From the IMG/VR virus record IMGVR_UViG_2756170246_000002, positions 156 to 64,155 of that record: a stretch of 64,000 nucleotides of DNA; one strand, 5' to 3'. The notes under the pieces were generated by a model. The model had not been told where the DNA came from. It worked only from the letters and a program-made list of their open reading frames with translations, and made no database searches. The DNA is from a virus. The first letter of the stretch is position 1. The number at the start of each line of letters is the position of its first letter. The position numbers and the translations under genes were made by a program. Below are positions 26,204 through 35,299 of the stretch, piece by piece.

Positions 26204-27424
26204 GAGCGATGGCTGTGGACAATCCGAACCGAGCCAGTCGGCGTCGGGTTTGCCGAGGAGTTCGGCGGTCCACCCGCCCATCGACCGCACGAACGGCGCG
26301 AGGTCCGCCAGATGCGCCCGCCATGCCTGCCGATACCGCTCCACCTGACGCCATGGCTGGCCATTGTAGAAGTGCGGCGAGGTGTCCATCGGGACGCCGC
26401 CAAGAACAATGCGCTCATAGCCCAGTTCAAGCAGGCCCTTGACCGCAAGCAGCCCGGTCGAGCCGCCCCAATCGGGCGTGGTCTTGTCGATGCCAGGCGC
26501 TGCCTTGTGCGCCCAGACCTCGGGTTTGTTGCGCCCTGCCTTGACGCGCCGTGACACCGCGTCTCGGATGCCGATCCAGTCGATGCATGCGCCCGGATGC
26601 AGCGTGAACCAGTAGTCGAGATGCCCCTGCCATTCGATGCCGATGTTGTTGGCGGCGGCGACAGCGTTCGGCGTGAACAGTTTCAGCGCAGATGCGGCGT
26701 CGGCATGGACACAGGCCGCATCGCCCAAAACCAGGGCCGTTCTCACGGGATCAGGTCTCCAGTCGGTGAGCACGGGTGCATCCCGCTCTGGTTCGGGCCA
26801 GATGTCGCCCGCTGCTACCAGGCGCACGCGCTGCCGGCGCGCCAGATGCTGCATCACAGGCAACTCGATCGCGAAATCATGGTTGCCCGCCTTGCTCACT
26901 CCGCCCTTGTAGGCGGAGAAGCTGAAGGTGCCGGGGTTCTTGCGATAGGTCGGCGAAAAGGCCTGGTCGAGCTCCAGCGTTTTTCCCGCTGCGATATTGT
27001 CGAAGCCGACAAGGGCAATAGTCGATCCGCGCTGCGCCCGCTCGATCGCCCAGCATGTAGCGATCGTGCCGCGCGTGAACTGGAGCCGCCCCGTGGCGCC
27101 AAGCCCGCCGAGCTTTTCGCCGATCGTGTTCCAGGGCTTCTGGTCGACCAGCTCGGTTCCCTTTGGCATGTCGCAGCGGTCCGGTTGGTGCAGGATCGAT
27201 GCGACCCAGCCGCGCGCCGGCTTGCGCCGGTTGTTCTGCTGGAACGTCTTGATCATGGCCGGGTGCGCTTCGAGCAGCCCGAAATCGTACTTTTGACCGT
27301 AATCGACCGCATCCTGCCAGGCGCAGTCCCACATGCGGATGACGGTGTCGCAACCGTCGATGAACTTGCCCCAGCGCTTGCCCTCCGGCGAGCGGCCGTG
27401 GCCGATGATCGCTATCGTTGCCAT
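26189..27424 (-). CDS. Two-domain transferase: GT29 sialyltransferase-like + MAF/DUF115-like
   Basis: Sialylmotif-L-like IAIIGHG...GKFIDGCDTVIR, S-like TRGTIA...ALVGFD, VS-like HDFAIE; second domain GGSTGLLAV...YERIVLGGVPMD. Confidence 0.65.
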   Translation of the reverse strand: MATIAIIGHGRSPEGKRWGKFIDGCDTVIRMWDCAWQDAVDYGQKYDFGLLEAHPAMIKTFQQNNRRKPARGWVASILHQPDRCDMPKGTELVDQKPWNTIGEKLGGLGATGRLQFTRGTIATCWAIERAQRGSTIALVGFDNIAAGKTLELDQAFSPTYRKNPGTFSFSAYKGGVSKAGNHDFAIELPVMQHLARRQRVRLVAAGDIWPEPERDAPVLTDWRPDPVRTALVLGDAACVHADAASALKLFTPNAVAAANNIGIEWQGHLDYWFTLHPGACIDWIGIRDAVSRRVKAGRNKPEVWAHKAAPGIDKTTPDWGGSTGLLAVKGLLELGYERIVLGGVPMDTSPHFYNGQPWRQVERYRQAWRAHLADLAPFVRSMGGWTAELLGKPDADWLGSDCPQPSLLTSA

Positions 27425-28329
27425 TCGATCAGCAGCACCGGATAGAGGCCAGGCGAGCCGCGCCAGCGGTTGATGCGGCGGCGGCCGTCGAGCACGATCG
27501 TGCGGCGCTGCGGTCCGCCGCGCATCAGCGTCACCGGGCCATCCTCGAAGCGCGGCGGCAGGTCGGTCCGATAGTGATCCTCCGGCTCGGCCGTGGCATC
27601 ATGCTTCGACGCCATCCAGTCGATGACCTTCACCAGATCGGCCGCCGGCCAATATGTCGATGTAACCCGATGCGTTTCGGGCGACGGTTGGACATGTCCA
27701 AACCATTCGCAGGCAATGCGCTGCATCTCGAAATAGGGCGTGTGGCCATGATGCTGGAACTGCGCAAGCACGTCGTCCCATGTTGGGGGGCGCAGCCGGA
27801 ACATCTCCTCGACGCCGTCTTGCGTGATCTCGGTGACTCGGCGGTCTTCGATGTAGAGCCCGTCAATCGCCGTATACCAAGCCGAAAGCTGGTGTGTCTG
27901 GTTGACGCGGATCGTCTCGTGGCCGTGCCTGATCGTGGCGACGATTGTTCGGGCAACGCGCCGCAGTTCGGCGACGGCGACCTGCATCTCACTTGGCCGA
28001 AGCCAATCGAGGAGCCGTGTGCATATCGCTGTGGCGAAGTCGCTGTCATGGTAGGGCAGCGCGAAAATCGATCCCTGAAACGTGGCAAACTCGGGATAGC
28101 GCGCGCTCGCCACCGCCAACATGTCGGCCGAGACATCGACACCGGTCACAGCAAACCCGCGCTCGCGGTAGATTTCGCCATAGCGCCCGGTGCCAAGCGG
28201 CACGTCGAGCACCGGACCATCTCGAACGAAGTCGGCGACCGCCAGTTGCTCGCGCGCCCAGCGCAGGGAATGGCAGCGCTCGACGTCATACCGCTCTGCG
28301 ATGGTGCCGTGATACTTGTCGGGGTTCAA
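27412..28329 (-). CDS. Class I SAM methyltransferase fused to a ParB/Srx-like C-terminal domain
   Basis: VLDVPLGTGRY, GVDVSADML; C-terminal VLDGRRR; likely TTG start overlapping upstream TGA. Confidence 0.75.
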   Translation of the reverse strand: MNPDKYHGTIAERYDVERCHSLRWAREQLAVADFVRDGPVLDVPLGTGRYGEIYRERGFAVTGVDVSADMLAVASARYPEFATFQGSIFALPYHDSDFATAICTRLLDWLRPSEMQVAVAELRRVARTIVATIRHGHETIRVNQTHQLSAWYTAIDGLYIEDRRVTEITQDGVEEMFRLRPPTWDDVLAQFQHHGHTPYFEMQRIACEWFGHVQPSPETHRVTSTYWPAADLVKVIDWMASKHDATAEPEDHYRTDLPPRFEDGPVTLMRGGPQRRTIVLDGRRRINRWRGSPGLYPVLLIEWQR

Positions 28330-28544
28330 AGCCGGTCCATGACGTGAAGCTTCAGATGCTCGGCGATCCACAACGCAAACTCTCGCGACATGTGGGAAGA
28401 TTGAACCACAAAATCGTCATCGTCCTTGTGGAAGCCGACGATAATCACCTGATCCCACGATTCCCGACTGCTGTAGGCAAGCGCCTCTTCTGGCGTCATC
28501 TTGTTGTGTGGGCCGAGTTCAACGACCTTTTCGTTGGCGCTCAT
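28326..28544 (-). CDS. Small hypothetical protein
   Basis: 72 aa, 4-bp overlaps on both sides. Confidence 0.6.
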   Translation of the reverse strand: MSANEKVVELGPHNKMTPEEALAYSSRESWDQVIIVGFHKDDDDFVVQSSHMSREFALWIAEHLKLHVMDRL

Positions 28545-29392
28545 CGTGCTTGCCAGGCTGCCGCGTGTTCCACCCCATGCTTGCAGCCGTCGCTGTTGCA
28601 GCCGCCACAGGGCGAAAGACCCTCACGAGACCGAAGCAACTGCATGCGACGCTTGCGCATTGCCGGCGAGGTCCAGATGTCGAGCAGGTGCTCGTGAGCG
28701 GCAGAGCCGAAACGCACCACCTTATGCCAATCCTGGGGGCAGAGCAGAACGTCGCCATTCCAATCCAACATCAATTGGTATCCGGCGTACCAGCATGGCC
28801 GTGTCGCATCGATCGGCCGCTGCTCGCCGACATTGATCGTCCCGGCCCGATTGGTGAGGTGCGACAGGCCGAAATTCTCTTCCTCCGGCTGCCAGCGGTC
28901 GCGCAGGATGAACTCGCTCGAGCCAGCCTCGGCAAAGATAGCCTCGAAATGCTCGATCTGGGATGGCCCGTCATACATCGAGACGCAGATGTAATCGCAG
29001 CCGGCCGCCGTGAGGTCGCGCACCATGCTCGCGGTGAGCCGATCGCCATTCGTGGTCAACTCGACGCGGAACTCGCCGAAGGCGCGCACCAGGTCGATGA
29101 TTTTCGGATGCAGCAGCGGCTCGCCGAAGCCGCAGATATGGACCGTTCCCTCGTAGGCGAGGTCTTTCAGGTCGGCCGCGATCTTGCGCGCCAACTCCAC
29201 AGACATGTGGAGCCGCTGGTTGGGGTAAATCGCGTCATCGACGCGCGGGCAGAAGACGCAAGCCCGGTTGCAAAGTTCGGTCGGGTTGATCTCAACGAAC
29301 GAGAACAGCGGCACCTTGCCGACCATCTGGACGCGATCAACGAAGGTCGCCTTGCGCGCCAAGTTGCGGAGCGTGGCGTCGTTGGCGTTCAT
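28541..29392 (-). CDS. Radical SAM enzyme with SPASM/twitch domain
   Basis: CNRACVFC, GFGEPLLHP, LTTNG, C-terminal CWY...NGDVLLC...PCGGC. Confidence 0.92.
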   Translation of the reverse strand: MNANDATLRNLARKATFVDRVQMVGKVPLFSFVEINPTELCNRACVFCPRVDDAIYPNQRLHMSVELARKIAADLKDLAYEGTVHICGFGEPLLHPKIIDLVRAFGEFRVELTTNGDRLTASMVRDLTAAGCDYICVSMYDGPSQIEHFEAIFAEAGSSEFILRDRWQPEEENFGLSHLTNRAGTINVGEQRPIDATRPCWYAGYQLMLDWNGDVLLCPQDWHKVVRFGSAAHEHLLDIWTSPAMRKRRMQLLRSREGLSPCGGCNSDGCKHGVEHAAAWQAR

Positions 29393-29595
29393 CAGGCGGC
29401 AATGCGCTTGTGCACGTAGACCGAACGATCCGGCGTGATCCGGTAGCCATCGAACTCGACGCCTGCGCCTGGAAGGGTGCCCTTGTCGAGATAGACCCTG
29501 CTTCCGTCGCGAAAAATCACGACGCCTTCAATGCTTTCGTCCGATGACAGGACGGCGGCGATTTCCTCGGTGTCGATCTGCAGCTTTTCCATCAT
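29392..29595 (-). CDS. Small hypothetical protein
   Basis: MMEKLQID..., coupled overlaps. Confidence 0.55.
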   Translation of the reverse strand: MMEKLQIDTEEIAAVLSSDESIEGVVIFRDGSRVYLDKGTLPGAGVEFDGYRITPDRSVYVHKRIAA

Positions 29596-30233
29596 CCAAC
29601 CTTCCTGAAAATCATGAGCCCGTCGCGGTGCACCAAGCGCCCGCTGTCGTCGTAGCTGGCGTGGATGAGTTGGAGCCGATCGCTGGCGAGGAACAGTTTC
29701 AGCGCACCGGTAAAGCCGTTGGCGATCTCGGCGCCGTAGCGCTGCTCGCCGTGCAGGAAGGCCTGCGACACGACCAGCAAACCATCGGCGCGCAAGGTGC
29801 GCAGCATGTTGGCCAGCGTCACGTCGAAGCGGTGCAGCACATACCAGAGGCACTGGCCGAGCACGACGAAGTCGACCGAGACGCAACCGAAGTCGTCCGC
29901 TGTGATGTCGCCCTGCCGGAACACCGCGTCGTGCTGGAGGCTGCGCGCGGTCTTGACCGCCGCTTCGCTGATGTCGATCCCGATCATGGGGCAGATCGCG
30001 GCGCGTAGCATCGCGGTCAAGTGACCGTGGCCGCAGCCGATCTCGATGCCGGCATTGAACGGCCCGAGCCTGCCCAGCGTCTCAACGAGGCGCGTGCGGC
30101 TCACGGCGTAATAGGCCGCCATCTGGCCCTTGCGGCCGGCCTGGTCCCAAGGATCAGGGTTTTCCGAATAGACCCTCTGCCAGTCGCCGACGAGTTGGAG
30201 CTTGCCGTCGGTCTCGGCGAAGACGCCTTCCAT
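29592..30233 (-). CDS. Class I SAM methyltransferase, NodS-like
   Basis: PDPWD, IEIGCGHG, GIDISEAAV, LWYV motifs. Confidence 0.85.
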   Translation of the reverse strand: MEGVFAETDGKLQLVGDWQRVYSENPDPWDQAGRKGQMAAYYAVSRTRLVETLGRLGPFNAGIEIGCGHGHLTAMLRAAICPMIGIDISEAAVKTARSLQHDAVFRQGDITADDFGCVSVDFVVLGQCLWYVLHRFDVTLANMLRTLRADGLLVVSQAFLHGEQRYGAEIANGFTGALKLFLASDRLQLIHASYDDSGRLVHRDGLMIFRKVG

Positions 30234-30592
30234 CAGGCCGCTTCCGCCAGCCAGAAGGTCTCGATGGCATCAAGCACATCCGGCGCTGTCACGCCGTCGC
30301 GAAACACGCCGCCGATCTGGCAATATGCGCAGATGGTTCGTTCGGCATGATGCGCTCGGCCTGCCCGATATAGATGCTCGATCCACTCGAACGGCGACAT
30401 ATCTGCCTTCTCGTTGTTGCACGCGAAGCAGACGATAATCGCCAGCGTGCCGCCCTGCGAGCGAGGGAAAATATGATCCCTTGTGGTGTGGAAGATGCTG
30501 CGATTGCGCCCTAGAACCATCTTCACACCGCAGTATGGGCACGGCTTTCCAACGGCCTTTTCGCGTCGCTTGTACAGGTCGATCACGTTCAT
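30233..30592 (-). CDS. HNH endonuclease
   Basis: CPYCG...TRDHIFPRSQGG...CFACNNEK. Confidence 0.8.
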   Translation of the reverse strand: MNVIDLYKRREKAVGKPCPYCGVKMVLGRNRSIFHTTRDHIFPRSQGGTLAIIVCFACNNEKADMSPFEWIEHLYRAGRAHHAERTICAYCQIGGVFRDGVTAPDVLDAIETFWLAEAA

Positions 30593-31641
30593 ACCGACTC
30601 CACAAAGATGCTGTGGAACCGCTGCATCAGCGCCCCAGAGCCGCACGTCACAAGCAGATGCCCGTCGAGCGGCGCCGGGAAACCCGCCTTCACATGCACG
30701 CCGCGCACCTTGAGCGCCGCAGCAACCTCGCTCGCGCGCTCGCCCGGCCCGATCAGCACGTGGTTTGCGAACCAGCCCCGAACATCGAAGCCGTCGGCGC
30801 GCAGCGTCTCGCGCAGCCAATCGCGGCCGGCGCAGACCTCCGCAATGCCGGGCTCGATCCATTGCGCCCACATGTCCATCAGCACCGTGGCGGCATGCAG
30901 CGAAGGGCCTGAAATCTCGCCGGACTCCCGAATGGCATGAAGCGGCCGGATCACCGAAGGCTGCCCGATGGCATAGCCGACGCGAAGCGCAGCACCGCCG
31001 AAAGCCTTCGAAAAGGTGCGCATGATCAGCACGTTGTCGAACTCGTCGACCAGCGGCAGCGCCGTTTCGGCACCAAAGCCGTAATAGGCCTCGTCGATGG
31101 CGAACACCGCGCCGATCTCCTGGCAGCGCTGCGCGATGCGCCTCAACTCAGCGAGGCAGAAATAGGTCTCGACCGGCTGGCCCGGGTTCGGCAGGATCAG
31201 CAGCCGAACGCCGCTGTCCAGCTTGTCCACGATGTCGGCGACGCCGAGCAATCGTTTCGGGTCCGTGACGATCCGAACCGGCCTCGCGAGGAAAACCTCG
31301 GAATAGACGTCGAACATGGCGCAGGTCGGCCAGGTGAAGGCAAACCCATCCGCCGGCTCGCAGCAGAGCAGGATGAGGGTGCGGATAAAATCCTCGATAC
31401 CGGCGCCGACGACAAGCCGTTCCTCGGCCACGCCGGTGAAAGCGGAAAGCCTGCGATAGAACGCGGCATAGTCCGGATACCAGTTGTCGGGCGGGCCGGC
31501 GCGCATCGCTTCCACGACTTCGCTCGGCCATGGCTCGGGGCGTTCAAGACGGTGCAGGCGCATATCCTCGCGCGGGATCGGCGGGATGCGCTTGCGCTCG
31601 ATCGAGCCCAGATGCCGAAAACACTCACGGAACAACGTCAC
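30589..31641 (-). CDS. PLP-dependent aminotransferase class I/II (HisC/CobD-like)
   Basis: NPGQP, IDEAYYGF, RTFSKAFG.AALRVGY (PLP lysine). Confidence 0.92.
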   Translation of the reverse strand: MTLFRECFRHLGSIERKRIPPIPREDMRLHRLERPEPWPSEVVEAMRAGPPDNWYPDYAAFYRRLSAFTGVAEERLVVGAGIEDFIRTLILLCCEPADGFAFTWPTCAMFDVYSEVFLARPVRIVTDPKRLLGVADIVDKLDSGVRLLILPNPGQPVETYFCLAELRRIAQRCQEIGAVFAIDEAYYGFGAETALPLVDEFDNVLIMRTFSKAFGGAALRVGYAIGQPSVIRPLHAIRESGEISGPSLHAATVLMDMWAQWIEPGIAEVCAGRDWLRETLRADGFDVRGWFANHVLIGPGERASEVAAALKVRGVHVKAGFPAPLDGHLLVTCGSGALMQRFHSIFVESV

Positions 31642-31844
31642 AGCGCGCGAAACTCCGTCTCGGTCGAGCGGCGCGTCAACAGCTTGACCTCGCCACCATC
31701 GGGCAGGATCTTGCCTTCAAGCTCCAGCACCACGCTCGACGTTCCTGGATCCCACGATGCCCCGACGATGCGCACGCGGCAGCGCTTGTCGGGCCACATT
31801 TCGCGCTCCAGCACCTCGCGATAGATGCGCAGCGTGGCTCTCAC
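31638..31844 (-). CDS. Small hypothetical protein
   Basis: 68 aa, overlaps portal stop and aminotransferase start. Confidence 0.55.
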   Translation of the reverse strand: MRATLRIYREVLEREMWPDKRCRVRIVGASWDPGTSSVVLELEGKILPDGGEVKLLTRRSTETEFRAL

Positions 31845-33298
31845 GCTGCGGCGGCCGGCGCCGGGATGGCGGGAACGGCATGAACGGCGGGATTGCCAGG
31901 CGCGGCCGGATCGGCAGGATTTGCCACGCCGCCGATGACAAGGCCGCTCTCGTCGAGCGTGCCCTGGCCCGATGCCAGTTCCCTGTCGATGAGCGCCTGT
32001 TCTTCTTCCGCGGTGCGCTCGGCGCTGACCGCTTCGCCCTTCTGCAGGCGCTCGTACATGGTCTGGTAGGAATAGCCGCCCTCCTGCCAGCCCTTGATCA
32101 CGTCGACGACTTCGGCAGGAGTCAACTGGCTGTCGATGAACGACAGGTTCGGCTTGACGATCACCTTTTCAGGATCGAGGCCCATCATGACAGCGATGTA
32201 GCGCAGCGCCTTTTCCAGCCCCTTGGCAGAGGCTTGCGCGATGGTGACGAGCGTTGCCGTCTGGGCAGCGAAGCGCAGGCGGCGCGCGTCACCCGATTCC
32301 TGGGCAGGAGCATCGGTGTCGAACAGCCTCGCGCCAGCCGCGACCGCATTGTTGCGCTCATCAGTGATGGCTGTGCGGTGCGCCGCGATGCCCGTGCCGG
32401 CCGGGCCGACATATTTCGCGTCGGGTGTCTGCTCGCCATCGGCTTTGAGCGAGACGATGACGCCGGCGCCAACTGCTTCTGGCTCATCGCCATTGATGAT
32501 GAACAGCGTTTCCTGGCCGGTCATGAAGAGTTGCCAGCGGTAGTCGGCTGACAACTGGTACATGCTGACCGCCGAGCGCGCCACGCCGATCAGCGGCGGC
32601 GTCTCCGGATCGATCGACAGGTCGCGCGCGCCCATGACGACGAAGGGGATTTGCTCGAGAGCCTTGTCGCCGCGCGCCGTCGGAATGACCGGAGCGCCAG
32701 CGCTTAGCGTATCGCCGGAATGGATCGTGGCTTGGTATTTGCCGTCGACCATCTCAAGCACGCGATACTGCTTTTCCTCAACCCAGTCGAAGCCTTGGCG
32801 CACGAGGCCAGTCTCATCAAGCACATAGAAATCACCGGCTTCCGACCAGTTGATCAGCGCTTCGGTGCAATAGGTCACGATGTACGGCAGGTCGCTTCCG
32901 GTGCTCGCGGCGCCCGCCAACAGGCCATAGCGCCCAGTCGTCAAAAGCTCTGCCGTGATCCTCGCATGCAGCGCCTCCAGCGGCAGGCCTTCCTTTGTCG
33001 CCTTCTCCCACAGCGGCTGCATCGCCGGTGGCATTTCGATCTGGCTTTCGGTGCGATGGATGACACCGATCATGCCGCCAACGGTCGGCCCAACGATCTC
33101 GGGGAACTGCGCCCGCATCTTGTAGGCTTCGTACATGGCGTCGCCGGCCGGCTGCGCCTTGAAACCTGACGGCCTCGGCAGGTAGGTGATCGTTTCGCAC
33201 TTGATGGCCGTTTCGCCACGCGCCGAGTCACGCATCAACCGCCACTCTTCGATCCGAAGATCGTAGTAGGGATGATGGCTGTCGACGGAATTGGTCAT
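31841..33298 (-). CDS. Portal protein, DUF4055 family
   Basis: 485 aa directly after terL; HPYY...W, YLPRP, AESG-like QESGDARRLRF motifs. Confidence 0.85.
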   Translation of the reverse strand: MTNSVDSHHPYYDLRIEEWRLMRDSARGETAIKCETITYLPRPSGFKAQPAGDAMYEAYKMRAQFPEIVGPTVGGMIGVIHRTESQIEMPPAMQPLWEKATKEGLPLEALHARITAELLTTGRYGLLAGAASTGSDLPYIVTYCTEALINWSEAGDFYVLDETGLVRQGFDWVEEKQYRVLEMVDGKYQATIHSGDTLSAGAPVIPTARGDKALEQIPFVVMGARDLSIDPETPPLIGVARSAVSMYQLSADYRWQLFMTGQETLFIINGDEPEAVGAGVIVSLKADGEQTPDAKYVGPAGTGIAAHRTAITDERNNAVAAGARLFDTDAPAQESGDARRLRFAAQTATLVTIAQASAKGLEKALRYIAVMMGLDPEKVIVKPNLSFIDSQLTPAEVVDVIKGWQEGGYSYQTMYERLQKGEAVSAERTAEEEQALIDRELASGQGTLDESGLVIGGVANPADPAAPGNPAVHAVPAIPAPAAAA

Positions 33299-34695
33299 CA
33301 GTATATGCCTGCGTACCCCGTTTTGGTTTCCTGTTTGCGCTTCAGCAGTTCGTTGAAGGCGCGGCTTGTCGAGTCCGCATCATCGTCATGCAGACCTTCG
33401 GGAAAGCCTTCCAGTTCGTTGAACCAGTCGGTGTTCCATGGGCCGCGAAGGACGAGGACGTTTCCGGCTTCAGCCTGGGCGGAAAACCCGCCGAAGCGCG
33501 TCACCTTGTCGCCCGTTTCAGGCGAGGAGCGCACGCGATAGCCGGCGAGCAGCTTTGTCAGCGTCGCTATTTGAGCTTTTCCCGCCTGGCCGGGATCTTG
33601 TGGAAGCGAGATATCGACCTCGCGCCCGTCTTCGGATGCGGTGTTCTTGATCATCGTCTCGACGCCGGATGGCGATCGCCTGTCGCGTCTATGATCGGTG
33701 ACGATGTAGCGCCCGTCCGTGAGCAGGCCGACCCTTGTCCCGCACGTCCAGTCTGGGTCGTTGGCCTCGGTCTTTGGCGTCGCGCCAAGGTCCCAGGCGC
33801 GCATCCATTTCGAGACCTTGGGAACAGCATCGACAATTTCGCACCAGGAGCGCTGGAAATAGAGGCCGGCAGCGGGCCGGATCTTCCAGTTGCCGCCGAG
33901 AAGGCGCTCGCGCTCCACCGTGGGCAGCGCCATGAGGTTGGCGAGATAGCCAGGATCGGCCGCCATCAGCGCCGGATTGTCGGTCAATTTTGCCGGAATG
34001 AACGTCACCGACTTCGGCGGGATCGGCGTGTTCGTGATCGGATCGATATGCTGCGCCAAGTCTTCCGGGCTATCGGCCCAGATGATGGCGTCGCCGATGC
34101 GGACGAACCAGCGCAGGATGCCGGCGCGCTCGGGATTTGCCCGCCCCGTCTCGGGATCGATCCACCAGGCGATGAACTCGGCGACCCAGGAGTCGGCATC
34201 GGGATTGCAGGTGGCGCGGATATAGGGCCGCACCCCGCTCATGGAGCGGTTGCGCGAGACCATGTACCAGAACTGTTTCGCCGAAAAATGCGTGAGCTCG
34301 TCGAAGCCCAAATAAGCGACCTGACTACCTTGCCAATTGAGGACCGTCTTGTCGTGTTCGAGGTGAGCGAACGACATGGACGCGCCGGCCGGGAACTTCC
34401 ATTCCAGCACGTGCTCTTTCGGGTCTGCTCCCGCAAGCGGATAAAGCTTGAAGCTTTCGTCCCAGAGGCCGCCCTCGTTGCGGACCTGGACCGTGGTGCG
34501 GCGGAAGATGACGCCGCCGAAGGCTGGGTTGTGCACGTGGCGCAACGGCTCGAGCAACAACGCCCAACTTTTTCCACCCCCGGCCGCACCGCCGAGTATG
34601 GCGATGTCGGCCGGAGTGGCGAGAAACATCAATTGAGGACCAGGCTGCGGCCGAATGACCGTCTGCGCAGCGCCTGTCGCGCTATCCCCTGCCAT
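33298..34695 (-). CDS. terL: Terminase large subunit
   Basis: Walker A GGAAGGGKS, Walker B LGFDELTHF, ATCNP, RAWDLG, FPEGLHDDDAD. Confidence 0.96.
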   Translation of the reverse strand: MAGDSATGAAQTVIRPQPGPQLMFLATPADIAILGGAAGGGKSWALLLEPLRHVHNPAFGGVIFRRTTVQVRNEGGLWDESFKLYPLAGADPKEHVLEWKFPAGASMSFAHLEHDKTVLNWQGSQVAYLGFDELTHFSAKQFWYMVSRNRSMSGVRPYIRATCNPDADSWVAEFIAWWIDPETGRANPERAGILRWFVRIGDAIIWADSPEDLAQHIDPITNTPIPPKSVTFIPAKLTDNPALMAADPGYLANLMALPTVERERLLGGNWKIRPAAGLYFQRSWCEIVDAVPKVSKWMRAWDLGATPKTEANDPDWTCGTRVGLLTDGRYIVTDHRRDRRSPSGVETMIKNTASEDGREVDISLPQDPGQAGKAQIATLTKLLAGYRVRSSPETGDKVTRFGGFSAQAEAGNVLVLRGPWNTDWFNELEGFPEGLHDDDADSTSRAFNELLKRKQETKTGYAGIY

Positions 34696-35143
34696 TGTCG
34701 GGAAGCTGGAAAATCGCCACAGTCGCCGGTATTGGCGGCAGGTCTTTCCCGTCCTTGCCTGTCAGTTCACGCCGGTTGGTGAAGGCGTTGCCCTGTTCCT
34801 TGGCGGCCTGTTCCAGCAGTTGCGCCGATAGCGCCATATTGCCTTGCGTCTCGGCCTTGTCCGCCATGCGCTGGAGGGCGCGGAGGCGAACGGCGCGGTG
34901 CGAGATTGCGATCGGCGCGGTGTCTTCGAGAAAAGTCTTGCGCGTCTCATCGAACAGCGCGCGCCACTTCGGTGCGACCCTGGCGCCGGATTTCTTCGTA
35001 TGGTCGTGGCTCTCGACCAGCTGGCGCGTGATATCCAGCCCAAGTTCCCGTTTGACCGCCGCGACGACCACAGACGGCGTGTCGAAGCAGGCGAGCCCCT
35101 GAATGATGAAGGCTTTCACCTCGTTCGAAAGCTTTGCGACCAT
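34682..35143 (-). CDS. terS: Terminase small subunit, DUF2280 family
   Basis: KAFIIQGLACFDTPSVV, RLRALQRM, ELTGKDG motifs. Confidence 0.88.
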   Translation of the reverse strand: MVAKLSNEVKAFIIQGLACFDTPSVVVAAVKRELGLDITRQLVESHDHTKKSGARVAPKWRALFDETRKTFLEDTAPIAISHRAVRLRALQRMADKAETQGNMALSAQLLEQAAKEQGNAFTNRRELTGKDGKDLPPIPATVAIFQLPDNGRG

Positions 35144-35155
35144 GGCGCTGGCCGT

Positions 35156-35299
35156 CTAACCGCGGTCCAATGGCGACGGGCGCTTGCCTGATAGCTTGCG
35201 CTTCTTGCCCTTGACCGCCTTTTTTTTCGCCAAGCTGACCGGCTTTGCCTTGCGCTCGGGCTTGGCCTTCGTGCCGGGGATCTGCGTGTAGCGGATCAT
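35156..35299 (-). CDS. 47-aa Lys-rich basic protein MIRYTQIPGTKAKPERKAKPVSLAKKKAVKGKKRKLSGKRPSPLDRG
   Basis: Read by hand; ATGA overlap with upstream stop. Confidence 0.55.
   Translation of the reverse strand: MIRYTQIPGTKAKPERKAKPVSLAKKKAVKGKKRKLSGKRPSPLDRG

Noticed and set aside
29592-30233. nodS / nodulation gene
   Set aside because: Only a generic NodS-like methyltransferase fold; no nodABC or nod box nearby, so no symbol given
26189-31641. 7-deazaguanine (dpdA/que) DNA modification cluster
   Set aside because: No FolE, QueC, QueD or TGT-like ORF recognised; the radical SAM has a SPASM tail, unlike QueE
33388-34782. 464-aa plus-strand ORF
   Set aside because: Antisense shadow of terL in high-GC DNA; no motifs
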